A stretch of 64,000 nucleotides of DNA from the human T2T-CHM13v2.0 reference genome, Homo sapiens. Each line of letters opens with the position of its first letter. Within the stretch, counting starts at the first letter, position 1. The position numbers and the translations under genes are program-made. The notes under the pieces are model-generated. The model saw only the letters and a list, made by a program, of their open reading frames with translations. It did not search any database and was not told the origin of the DNA. Of this stretch, positions 52,897 through 64,000 are shown in pieces. The stretch is from NCBI RefSeq assembly GCF_009914755.1, contig NC_060931.1. The stretch is one strand, 5' to 3'.

Positions 52897-53837
52897 AAAT
52901 GATATCCTAATCTTTGGCGGGAACTTTGTTTTTCCACTTGAAGCGGTTCCTTCAAACCTTGCAAATTTTTTCCTGTTCCCATGCCAGGGACATACCCCAT
53001 TTCATGCATCATATGTTGACTTTGAGGGCTATATAATTGTTCTGGAATTAGAACTTGTGTTCCCCATTGTTGTAATAAATCCCTTCCCCATAAATTTATA
53101 GGTACAGAAGTTATAATTGGTTGAATAGTCCCAGATTGTCCATCGGGCCCTTCACAATGCAAAACATAACTACTTTGATATACTTCAGGGGCTTTACCAA
53201 CTCCAACTATGTTAAATTGAGTGGGTGGAATTGGCCACGCAGACAGCCAGTGCTGTAGAGAAAGGATTGAAATGTCCGCTCCTGTATCTACCAAACCTTT
53301 AAATTTCTTTCCCTGAATAGTTATTTCACAGGTAGGACGTTTATCAGTAATTTGATTTACCCAATAAGCCGCGTTGCCTTGTTTATTTGTGCTTCCAAAT
53401 CCACCTGTTTGTTTAATTTCACTTTTCCCCATTTTCACATACGGCAAAATTAGGAGCTGTGCTATGCGCTCTCCTGGCTTTGCTTTCCAGGGAACAGAAG
53501 TAGATATAACAATTTGAATTTCCCCATTGTAATCTGAATCAATGACTCCTGTATGTATTTGTACCCCTTTTAAACTTAAACTAGGCCTTCCTAAAACTAA
53601 TCCTATTGTCCCCGCTGGCAAGGGTCCACAGACTCCTGTTGGGACCTTTTGCAGGGGTTCCCCAGGCAGAAGACTCACAGCTTTTGTGCAGCATAAATCT
53701 ACTGCGGCACTACCGGCTGTGGCGGGGGACAGACATTGTACAGGGTTGAGAGAATGGCCTGAGCTGGAAATGCCCCGGTTTAGAATGGAGCCTGGGACGG
53801 GCCCCTCATAGCATTTCCTGAAATCGAGTTCCCTTCT
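52893..53837 (-). CDS. pro: pro frame: dUTPase + aspartic protease + G-patch, stop-free
   Basis: AGSAAVDL, GVIDSDYNGEI, GERIAQL, GGFGST, LVDTGAD, WGRDLL, MGYVPGMGTGKNLQG; manual translation finds no stop from 53837 to 52893. Confidence 0.85.
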   Translation of the reverse strand, partial: RRELDFRKCYEGPVPGSILNRGISSSGHSLNPVQCLSPATAGSAAVDLCCTKAVSLLPGEPLQKVPTGVCGPLPAGTIGLVLGRPSLSLKGVQIHTGVIDSDYNGEIQIVISTSVPWKAKPGERIAQLLILPYVKMGKSEIKQTGGFGSTNKQGNAAYWVNQITDKRPTCEITIQGKKFKGLVDTGADISILSLQHWLSAWPIPPTQFNIVGVGKAPEVYQSSYVLHCEGPDGQSGTIQPIITSVPINLWGRDLLQQWGTQVLIPEQLYSPQSQHMMHEMGYVPGMGTGKNLQGLKEPLQVEKQSSRQRLGYHF

Positions 53838-55086
53838 TTATCAAACTTAGAGTGACACTCATTAGCCCAATGTTTTCCTTTTTTACATTTTGGACCTATT
53901 TCAGGATCAGCAGTTTTCTTTTTCCCCTATCTGGCAGACTGACTTGCTGATTTTTTCTACATTCTTTTTTAGTATGACCATGCTTCCCACAGTTAAAACA
54001 AGCTCCAGGAAATGGAGTATTTTCCTTATCCACTCAGTCCTGCCATTGCCTGTGCCATCAAAGTAGCTTTATGCAGATTACCTCCAATACCATCACAGGC
54101 CTTGATATAATCAACTAAATGTGCTTTCTCTCTGATAGGTCACAGAGCAGCCTGGCAATCGGGATTAGCATTGTCGAAAGCTAATAACTGCAGCACTATA
54201 TCCTGAGCAGCCGAATCTGCAATCATCTTTTCAAGAGACTCCTGTAACCGAGCTATAAAATCAACATATGGTTTTCTTGGTCCCTGTTTTATAGCACTAA
54301 AGGAAGGGTATTGTTTCCCACCTGAAGTGATTTTTTCCCCAGCTCTAATGCACACTCCTCTAAGGTGTTCTATGGCATCATCCTGCATGACCAGTTATGC
54401 ATCGAAACCAGCCCAGCCGCCAACCCCTAAAAGCTGGTCTGCAGCTATATTAATTCGAGGTTGGGCCTGGGCATTGTGAGCAGCCTGAATGGAAGCTTCA
54501 TCTGCCCACGAAGTTTTAAATTGTAAGAAATGAGCAGGAGTTAGACAAGCTCAAGTAAGAGCGTCCTCATCAGTAGGAATCATCCTATTGGAAACAGCAA
54601 CATTCTTTAACTGTCCCATTACCAAAGGAGAATCTGGTCCATACTGATTTATAGCTTGTTTAAATTCTTTGAGTAATTTAAAAGGAAAAGGCTCAAATGT
54701 AGCTATATTTCCCGTTGATCTGGGGGGTGTATTCTAACAGGGAACTGCCAAGCCTCGAAATCACCCTCTCATTTAGCTTGCTGAATTCCTGCCTGAATAG
54801 AACTAAGAGTGGTCACTCAAGGCACTGCTCAAACAGTCACTGGGGCAACTACTTTTCGCCCAGTGTCCTCCAGAAAAGAAAGATCTGGAGGGTCTTTTTC
54901 TTCAAAGTAGTAAGGAGGGAGTGCAGAAGGGTAGGGATGAACCTCTCCTTCCTTTGCTGCTTTAGCTTTAGCTGGTAAATAAACATGCTCTGTAACCCCT
55001 TCTGTTACTTCACTATACTCTCCTTCCTCATCATCAGTGTGAAAAAGTTCCAAGGTGAAACGAACCAGACCCCACATCTGTCCCAT
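53780..55086 (-). pseudogene. gag: gag remnant with stops, frameshifts and an MA deletion
   Basis: ATG at 55086 (MGQ); MHR IKQGPRKPYVDFIARL; zinc knuckle CFNCGKHGHTKKEC (~53960-54000). Confidence 0.9.
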
Positions 55087-55214
55087 TGTTACCCTGATGC
55101 TTCTGAGCTCCCCTTCTTACTCACCACAGGGATTGCTTTAAGAGTACTCGAGTGTCCTCCAGCTAGTTTTCCACTCCAACCATTGTTCTGGCAACCCTTC
55201 GACCTGGATTTGAG

Positions 55215-55232
55215 TCCCCACGATGGACGCCA
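55215..55232 (-). other. Primer binding site, tRNA-Lys type
   Basis: TGGCGTCCATCGTGGGGA, close to the tRNA-Lys1,2 PBS TGGCGCCCAACGTGGGGC, 2 nt from the 5' LTR. Confidence 0.85.
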
Positions 55233-55234
55233 CT

Positions 55235-55747
55235 TGCTGAGACCAGCTAGGTCAGGGAGACCCTAACCCAGCAGTACTAGAGGAATTAAAGACACACACA
55301 CAGAAATATAGAGGTGTGAGTTGGGAAATCAGGGGTCTCACAGCCTTCAGAGCTGAGAGCCCTGAACAGAGATTTACCCATGTATTTATTAACAGCAAAC
55401 CAGTCATTAGCATTGTTTCTATAGATGTTAAATTAACTAATAGTATCCCTTATGGGAAACGAAGGGATGGGTCAAATTAAAGGAACAGGCTGGGCTAGTT
55501 AACTGCAGCAGGAGCACGTTCTTAAGGCAGAAATCGCTCATGCTATTGTTTGTGGCTTAAGAATGCCTTTAAGTGGTTTTCCACCCTGGGCGGGCCAAGT
55601 GTTCCTTGCCCTCATCCCCGTAAATAGACAAGCTTCTAGCTTGGGCTTTAGGGCCATTATGAACATGTCACAGTGCTGCAGAGATTTTGTTTATGGCCAG
55701 TTTTGGGGCCAGTTTATGGCCAGATTTTGGGGGGCCTGCTCCCAACA
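55235..55747 (-). mobile_element. 5' LTR (MER9-type), 513 bp
   Basis: TG...CA termini: tgttgggagcaggccccccaaaatctggcc...ctggtctcagca; internal AATAAA. Confidence 0.95.
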
Positions 55748-56295
55748 CAGAAGTGCCATGTGACCCCTCAGTTCCACTTCTGGGTCTATCCCCCAAAGGA
55801 CTGAAAGCAGGGACTCGAGGAGTATGCCCAGCCATGTCACAGCAGCACCATCCACAGCAGCCAAGGGTGGAGGCAACCCACATGTCCATCAGCCAATGAG
55901 GAATAAACACAGTGTGCCCCACCCACGTGGAACAACGGATTATTCAGCCTTAAAAAGGAAGGAAATTCGGACACACAGCACAACACGGAAGAGGCTTGGA
56001 GTTGTTACACCGAGTGGAGGGAACCAGCCACGGGACTAGCACTGTGTAATCCCACTACGGGCCCCTGGAACAGTCAACCCGTGGAGACAGGAAGTAGAGG
56101 GGTGGGTGTCAGGGTGGGTGTCAGGGCTGGCAGAGAGGAATGGGGAGCTAGTGTTGAAGCAGGACAGGGCTTACTTTGGCGACGAGAAAGCCCTAGAGAG
56201 CCAGTGCAGAACAATGCAAGTATACTCAACTGTAGAGCTGAAAATGATTCAGATGGGAAATTTTCTCATGTGTATTTTACCAAAAATCTTAAAAA
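55748..56295 (+). mobile_element. L1MB-like 3' end (host site of the provirus; a small 5' piece lies at ~49725-49756)
   Basis: ccatgtgacccctcagttccacttctggg...tgaaagcagggactc...attattcagccttaaaaaggaaggaaattc; joins ggtggttcccacaaaacttagaaacagaag across the insertion. Confidence 0.8.
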
Positions 56296-57259
56296 ACAAA
56301 GCTGCACTCATCTCTCCCTCCAGACTTGCCCCTTCTCCGCATGTCTCACTCTTGGATGGCACCTCCATGCTCCTAATGGCCAGGCCAGGGGTGGGCCATC
56401 CTGACTCACTGCCACCCAGCTGGTCCCAAGTCCTGCATCTCCACCCCAGCGGCTGCAGTCCTCCCCCATCCCCAGCGCAGCACCCTTCCCTCCTCACCCA
56501 GATCACCCAAAAGCTTCCCAGCAGTTTCCAGCTTCTTGTCTGTTGCCATCCGTGTAGTTACCCCAGCCATCTATAACTTTCTAACGGTTACATCTTACCA
56601 TATAATTATTTTCTGTTTAAAGCCCTCCTGCAGCCCTCGATGGCCTCAGGATCAAGTTCAAACCCTCAGCAGGGCCCAAGGCCTCTCCATCCCTCCCTCT
56701 GCAGGCCCAGCTCCTGGATGCTCCCTCCTCTCACCCATCCCAGGGGCCGGCACTATTCTGCCATCTGCGTAGAGTGCCACCCCTGCCTGCATCAGCTCAT
56801 CCTCAAAAGCATCTCTGTTCTTAGGGAGAGAACATCCCCAGCCCATTGCCTCTGCAGGTCTGGGTAAGCTCATGATGTCCTCTGCCCGCCTCCATCATGG
56901 GGGCTAATTTGCCTTCTATAATGAGGCCTGAGAGGGAGGGCCCCATCCGTCCATTTAAGCTTTGGACACTTGGAGGCTGAAGCAGTGAGGGGGTGAGCCC
57001 CATTTTCTCACCCACTCTGAAAGTGCAGGATGAGCCCTCAAATCCAAAGGCCCGGGCATAGCCAGGTGTCTCCTTGGAAGTAAAGATCTTTTTCATGTGA
57101 CTTAAAAGAAAATTACAAGGCTTCAGAGACCTAATGTGCTCCTAAAATGTGAAAGCCACTCTTGATAATAAGCCTTAAGAAAGCTCGCTCATTTATGAAG
57201 CCAAAGGAAAAGAATGGAATTTAAAAGATCTGTGGGTAGAGCTCTTTTGAAAACCTTGA

Positions 57260-57631
57260 TGTATTAGTCCATTCTCACACTGCTAGGAAGAAATTCCCAA
57301 GATAGGGTAGTTTATAAAGGAAAGAGGCTTAACTGACTCACAGTTCTGCAGGGCTGGGAAGGCCTCAGGAAACTTACGATCATGACGGAAGGGGAAGCAA
57401 ACATATCCTTCTTCACGTGGTGGCAGCAAGAAATGCAGAGCGAATGAGGGGAAAGCGCCTTATAAAACCATCAGATCTCGTGAGAACTCACTCAGTATCA
57501 TGAGAACAGCATGAGGGTATCTGCCCCCATGATTCAATTACCTTCCACTGGGTCCTTCCCACCATGCGTGGGGATTATGGGAACTAGAGTTCAAGATGAG
57601 ATTTGGGTGGGGACACCACTAAACCATCTCA
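57260..57631 (-). mobile_element. THE1D-like solo LTR
   Basis: tgtattagtccattctcacactgct...ggcctcaggaaacttac...ccttataaaaccatcagatctcgtgagaactcactc...gagatttgggtggggacac. Confidence 0.9.
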
Positions 57632-57659
57632 TTCAATGAGAAGGGAAAAAAGTGAATGA

Positions 57660-58720
57660 TGTTATTTAGGTATCTGTTCATGTATTTAACGAGCATGTGT
57701 TGAGCACCAAGTGTATGCCAGGAACAGAGGCTCCTGCAGGCAGTTTCCTGATTTCAGGCACTAATGACGTGACTTGTTTCAGCACAAATTTATCAAAGGC
57801 TTCTGTGTTCTGATCACCTGGGTGTAGAACAACACTCAAGGCAAAGTCATTGCTTTCGTAGTTTTGAGTTTTTATCCGCTAAGGAAGTATGACAATATAA
57901 AATAAGATTTAGTAAATAATTTCATTCAATTGCAGATGGTAATCAGTGGTGTGGAAGAAAAAAATAAGGTGAGGTGAGTGCGTGAGCGGGTGGGAGACCC
58001 TCACTGAGTAAATGGCTTTGGAGCTAGCTAGAATCAAATAATGTGAATAAAGCCATTTTTAATGGCAGGGAACGAGGGTTCTAGGCAGAGGGAAACCCAC
58101 ATGCACAGGCGATGCCAACCTTGTCACGTCTGGGGAGCAGGTGGGGCTGCGTGGTGTGGGCCCATCGCCCACGCCGAGGCTTTGGGATTTGTTCTGGGGA
58201 AGCTGGGAGGCCAAGAGAGAGCTTGGGGCTTAGGGCAGAGCAGTGTTAGGCCCTGATTTGTGTTCCAAGCTCACTGGCTGCTCTGTGCAATAGAGGACGG
58301 GAACGGCTGCAGCAGGGAGCCCACCAGAGGCTGTCTGCACACTCCAGGTGAGAGTGATGCCCAGGGGCTTAGCACGGCGAGGAGAGGCCCCATCCAGGTG
58401 TGTTTTGAAGAAAGAGACAGTCCTGCTGCTTGGTTTGGATATGCAGCATGGGGGGGCATTGAAGAGTAAATAAATGATGCTTTTCAGGTGCTGCCTGAGC
58501 AACTGGGCAAAAGGCAGTGCCATTTACTTGGACATGAGAACCTAGGGAAAGTCGGGCTTCTGTTTTGTACAGTTGAAGAGGCCTTTGGATATCAAGTGGA
58601 GACGCACCATTAGTTACAGAGTCAAGTCCGGAGTTCCAGGCTTGTAGACTGCAGACGCTGCGAAAGATGGCATTGAAGCCTTGGAAAAGACAAGAGTGTG
58701 TGGAGGGAGTGTGATCGCTG
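57660..58720 (-). mobile_element. L2 fragments
   Basis: tgttgagcaccaagtgtatgccagg; ttctaggcagagggaa; gatatcaagtggagac. Confidence 0.6.
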
Positions 58721-60284
58721 GACACCCTTCCGCAGGGCGTAGGAACACAGGCCCCTGGCAGTTGCAGATGCACAGAAATGATGGTATTGGAACTGGGTCA
58801 AGAAGAACACGAGATCTTTAGCAAGTGGAGTTGCGACAAGGTGCTGCGGGCAGATGGAAGGCTAAGCGGAGGCGGGACGAATAAGATGTATATTCCACGT
58901 GTAAAATATCTGGAAGCTTAGCATGACTGGAATGTTCCGGAGAGACCTAAGGGATGTATGCCCCCCTAGGGAGTGTCACCTTGATTCCACAGCCAGTGGA
59001 GTACCAGGGACATCTTCAGTTTTGTTTCTTAATTGACACAGAGCATGGTGGACCTGTTAGCATCTTGTTCAAAGATTGCCAGTTACATGTTGACTCTTGC
59101 TCAAAGAGGAACGCACACAGGCACATGTACTGCACACCCCAGAATCTTCAGCATAGTGTGAATCCTGTGAAGTGAAGCTCTCTGTCTTTGGGTTAAATAT
59201 CTGCCTTTAGGAGATTTAAATGCTGAGTCACAGTCGTGAAATTCTTGACTCGATTATATGGAATTGACTTATATGAGGCATCTGGAAATTTCTTTTGAGA
59301 GGTCAGTAGCAGAAAAATAAAAAAGCATTCTCTGTTTCCCATGATTCATAAACCCATTAGCAATTCTCTGTAAACTGCTCAGAAACCAGAGATGAGCAGT
59401 GAGTTCCTGAGCCACCCAGCGAGGGGCTGAGGGGCTCAGGACACCTTCCCAGGCCCAGCTCCAATCTGGGGTGAGGCTCCCGGACAGGGGCCCTTCCTCT
59501 CCATCTCCTCAGTGGTCCCCTGTCCTCAGGGCCACGTTGGGACTGCCCCATGCTGGGGCTGTCCCGCAGGCTGGCCCGGGTGCTATTCACCTGCTCACCC
59601 TCACAGCTCAGCAGCATGTGCTGCCTTATGACATCAATGTCTCTGTCCCATGGGGCCTCACAGAGCTCCCCAAGAACTCCGTGTTTCCCGATGAAGGGAT
59701 CAAAGACCCAGAAAAGTGACTGGCAGTCCAGGGCCCCAGATGTCCTCAGCTCAGGCCTGGACACCCGGTGCTGCCTGGGCTCTGTGTCCATCCATAAGCA
59801 CGTCCCAGACCCTCTTACCTGCCAGGGGCCCTCTTTGTGGGGGACCCTACAGGCAGGACAGTCGGGAAGGTTCCTGCCTTCAGGCAGCTTCTCGCATAGT
59901 GGGAAGACAGACCAGAAAAGAAAAGAAACACACAGTGAGGCCTCAGAACTGTGGGCATAGGGAGAATGTGCGTCCCTGAGGGCATCTCACCTGGCTCTGG
60001 AGACCCTGTGCATGGGGCAGCTTCTCTGAGGGGACATGATTGAAACTAGGCCAGGACGACAAATCTGACCAGAGCCCAGGGTTGGAAGAGGTGGTGAGCA
60101 ACGAGGCTGGAGACACTGAGCCCAGCTGCTCTGGGTCTCTCGCAGACCTGATATAGCAGGGACACAGTGTCCATGCCCAAGGTGCCGGTGCTCCGTGAGG
60201 ATGGCTGGCCCACTATGGACATCTCCCGAGCCTGCCGTGTGCTTCACAGGGTGAGGATACGGCTTCAGGGGTCGCACACATCAG

Positions 60285-60993
60285 CTCAGCCTCCATAACA
60301 ACGTCCCACAGACTGGGGACTCACACAAGAAGTTCATTCTCTCATGTTCTGGAGGCTGGAAGTTCAAGACCAAGTCTAGCAGGGTTGCTGCCCTCTGAGG
60401 CCTCCTGTATTCATCAGTCGGTTTTCATGCTGCTAATAAAGACATTCTTGAGACTGGGTAATTTATAAAAGAAAGAGGTTTAATGGACTCACCGTTCCAC
60501 ATGTCTGGGAAGGCCTCACAATCATGGCAGAAGGTGAACGAGGGGCAAAGACACGTCTTCCATGGTGGTAGGCAAGAGAGCTTGTGCTGGGGGAACTCCC
60601 CTTTATAAAACCATCAGATCTCGAGAGACTGATTCACTACCATGAGAACAGCATGGGTGAAGCAGCCCCATGATTCAGTCATCTCCACCTGGCCCCAACC
60701 TTGACGCATGGAGATTATTACAATTCAAGGTGAGATTTGGGTGGTGACACAGTCAAACCCCATCCCCTCCTTCTTCAGCTGGTAGATGGCATCCTCTCCC
60801 TGCATCCTCACAGGTCTTCCCACTGCGTGTGTCTGTGTCTAACCTGCCCTTTGCATATTGCACTAAGGTCCACGCATATGACCCCAACTTAACTCAGTCG
60901 CCTCTTGGAAGACCCCATCTCCAAATACATTCTGAGGTCCTGGGGATTAGGATTTCCACAGACAGATTTGAGGAGATGCGATTCAGCCCATAC
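60285..60993 (-). mobile_element. MLT1B-like LTR split by THE1
   Basis: ttctggaggctggaagttcaagaccaag...ctctgaggcctcc resumes at 60766 with cctccttcttcagctggtagatggc...acattctgaggtcctgggg. Confidence 0.8.
60406..60765 (-). mobile_element. THE1B/C-like solo LTR
   Basis: ttttcatgctgctaataaagacat...ggcctcacaatcatggcagaagg...gattattacaattcaaggtgagatttggg; perfect TSD CCTCC. Confidence 0.9.
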
Positions 60994-61554
60994 CAGGTGT
61001 TACATGGTTTTAACCCACCCACAAACCCTGCAAGACCTTCAAGCTTGACTCTCCAGGGGTCGAAGGGGATGCATCTTGCCCTAATTCACTCAGCCAGAAG
61101 TGGCCGGGTCACCTCTCATTCCCCAGTGACACGTTTTCCTTCCACGTCCACAGCAGCTGAAATGTCCTGGCAGTAACCTGAAAGGCAGTGAGTAAAGGGC
61201 CCTGGGAGCCCCGTGGTTCAGTGTCGCCCGGGTGCTGAGGAGAATGTGAGGAAACCCAGGAGAGGTTCCCTCCACTCAGGACGGGTGCAGTAGTGTTGGG
61301 CTGTTGTTCTAACACCCAGGGGATAATTGGGCGCTGTTCCAGTCTCTATCCTAAAGAACATGGAAGGAACTCAACCTCAAGATTCAAGATTCCTTAAAGA
61401 TTCCCCCAGCCACCTCTGGGACAGCAAGGACAGGGAGGGGAAGGGAGGCCCTGCTGTTCCTGGAGGCAGCTGTGTCCCTGCCTTCCCTGGAGTTGCATCA
61501 ATTTTCCAATAAATTTCCCCTGCTACCAACATGAATTAGGTTGTATTTCTTCTA

Positions 61555-62088
<534 letters not shown>

Positions 62089-62257
62089 TCAGAGACCCCG
62101 CAGACCCATCAGTACAGTTTTCTCCAGCAGGAGGAAGGGCTGCCATAAGAGTCGCAACCCCACAATGGAAGGAGCCCCTTACAGGTGGGCGGAATGGGAG
62201 CTGTCAGAGCCCAAGGGCTCCTGTCACCAGCTGCTCTCCCCTTGTTCGACCTTTGCC

Positions 62258-62695
62258 CTGTTTGGGGCTGAATGGTGTCTCCTCCTCTCCACATTCCTAT
62301 GATGAAGCCCTGGCCTCCAGCACCTCAGAAGGTGACTTTACTTGGAAATAGGGCCATGCAGGTGTAATTAGCTAAGAAGGGTCATCCTGGAGGAATGCAT
62401 CCCCTAATCTGACTGCTCCTTATGAAAAGAATACCCTGTGGAGAGAAAAGGGTGCATATGGAGGGAAGACCAAGAACAAGACACAGGAAAAAGGCCATCG
62501 CTAAGCCAAGGGGCCAAAGATGGTCAGCAGCCCACCAGGGAGAGAGGCCTGGGGCCAATTCCCCCTCACTGCCTCCAAAGGAGTCAACACTGAGGATCTT
62601 GACCTGGTCTCGGACTTCCAGCCTCCAGAACTGTGGGGCTGTCCATCCTGTTGTTTAACCTGCTGGTCTGTGGTGCTTTGTGGCTCCCATGACAA
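62258..62695 (+). mobile_element. MLT1B-like LTR
   Basis: ggctgaatggtgtc...cagcacctcagaaggtgactttacttggaaatagggcc...ggacttccagcctccagaactgtg. Confidence 0.8.
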
Positions 62696-62950
62696 GCTCC
62701 CAGCATCCTCTCCCTCTCCTGGACTGGGGTTAGGTCTCTTGTTTGCAATCCATCTCTCTCCACCACCTGCCCTGGGGCACTGGAAGGCAGATGGCACAGG
62801 ATAAATAGGCATGGGAGGGAAGGGGTGGGATGCTAGTGGGAAAGAAAGAATTAGGATGAATCTATACAAGAGGGAAGTCAAAAGGTGGGGACCCAGGCTC
62901 AGAGCATCTCAGCAACAGAAGTCACAAAAATATCAAAAGGAGGGTGAAGA

Positions 62951-63250
62951 AGCTGGGCTTGGTGGCTCACACCTGTAATCCCAGCATTTTTGGAGGCCGA
63001 GGCAGGTAGATCACTTGAGGTCAGGCGTTCAAGACCAGCCTGACCAACATGGTGAAACCTACTAAAAATACAAAAATTAGCTGGGCATGGTGGCACAGGC
63101 CTGTAGTCCCAGCTACTCAGGAGGCTGAGGCAGAGAATCGCTAGAACCTGGGAGGTGGAGGTTGAGGTGAGCCGAGATCATGACACTGCACTGCAGCCCA
63201 AGTGACAGAGTGAGACTCCATCTCAAAAAAAACAAAAACAAAACAAACAA
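62951..63250 (+). mobile_element. Alu (AluS-type)
   Basis: Full dimer with a small linker deletion; TSD-like AAAAGGAGGGTGAAGA / AAAAGAAAGGTGAAGA. Confidence 0.95.
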
Positions 63251-64000
63251 AAGAAAGGTGAAGAGACTCCAGAAGGCAGGTGGCTTAGCAAACTCTCAGC
63301 TGCCGGTCTTGTGCCTCTCCGTTCCATGGCCTCAGGGTGGGGCAGAGGTAAATTGCAATCCCTGGACAGGCTTGGATCCACAGTCAACCCAACGTGAACA
63401 CAGGCTGCGATTCCATGGTCTCTGGTGACCACATGCCCTCCTGGTCCCCTCCCTGATGGAGCACCTTGTATCCTACCTCCACTGCCCACTCGCTCTCTCA
63501 GGTCCAGCCAAGTCCTCTGACAGAGGTAGTGTGACCTAGGGAGTCTCCAGAATGGCACAATCTCTCCCAGGGGGTGTTCCCATGGTGCACAGGGCAAGGT
63601 TATCCAAGTTCCAAGAAAACATTCTGTTTGTGGACCTGACTTACCGGAGCACATGAGTGAAAGCAGATAGGAATAAGCAGATCACGGCTCAGCTCCGGGT
63701 GCGGGGTGGAAATCAGGGTTAACCAGAGGGCAATGGGAGAAAATGATGTGGGGCACTCATTTAAATTATCTGCAGGACTCTGTATCATGAAGATAAACTT
63801 ATTGCAGCCCTAGCTCATGTTTCCAGAGCAGAGTCCTGAGGAGAAGGAGCACTTACCAAGGACGAATGGGTCACTGCGTGGTCTGCAAATAGCATCTGGA
63901 AAACAAGAAGCTGGGACCTTGGAAACAGCAAGAGTCAGAGTTGGTCGGGGAGCTTGCCCTGGACACAGTGGGCTTCAGTCTAGAAGACACCGAAAGACAG

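Larger units (their letters stand above)
49757..55747 (-). mobile_element. HERV-K(HML-3)/HERVK9-type provirus with MER9 LTRs, internally deleted (~6.0 kb)
   Basis: Two direct LTRs, 6-bp TSD CAGAAG (49751-49756 and 55748-55753), tRNA-Lys PBS, PPT, and gag-pro-pol-env order with betaretroviral dUTPase and G-patch. Confidence 0.93.

Noticed and set aside
52487-53101. 204-aa plus-strand ORF antisense to pro/pol
   Set aside because: Shadow of the retroviral coding strand; no motif and no evidence of an antisense gene

Overview
Primate (catarrhine-type) GC-rich, apparently intergenic or intronic DNA. I can support no host protein-coding exon, RNA gene or CRISPR array. The window is a dense mosaic of interspersed repeats: about 9 Alus, L1/L2/MIR fragments, many MaLR/ERVL/ERV1 solo LTRs, and MER/Tigger DNA transposon relics. 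It also holds a ~1.5 kb GGGAATGGGTGTGT minisatellite (19.1-20.6 kb). The one feature with real coding potential is a complete two-LTR HERV-K(HML-3)/MER9-type provirus on the minus strand (49757-55747, CAGAAG target-site duplication) inserted into an old L1. It has internal deletions in gag (MA), pol (RT catalytic core, in frame) and env, but keeps a stop-free dUTPase-protease-G-patch (pro) frame. Other points of interest: three short non-tandem local duplications, GC-shifted ancient repeats, an octamer-bearing LTR9-type LTR and a few candidate regulatory clusters. I found no convincing previously undescribed biological system. Repeat subfamily names are from recall of consensus sequences, not a database search, and boundaries of old repeats are approximate.
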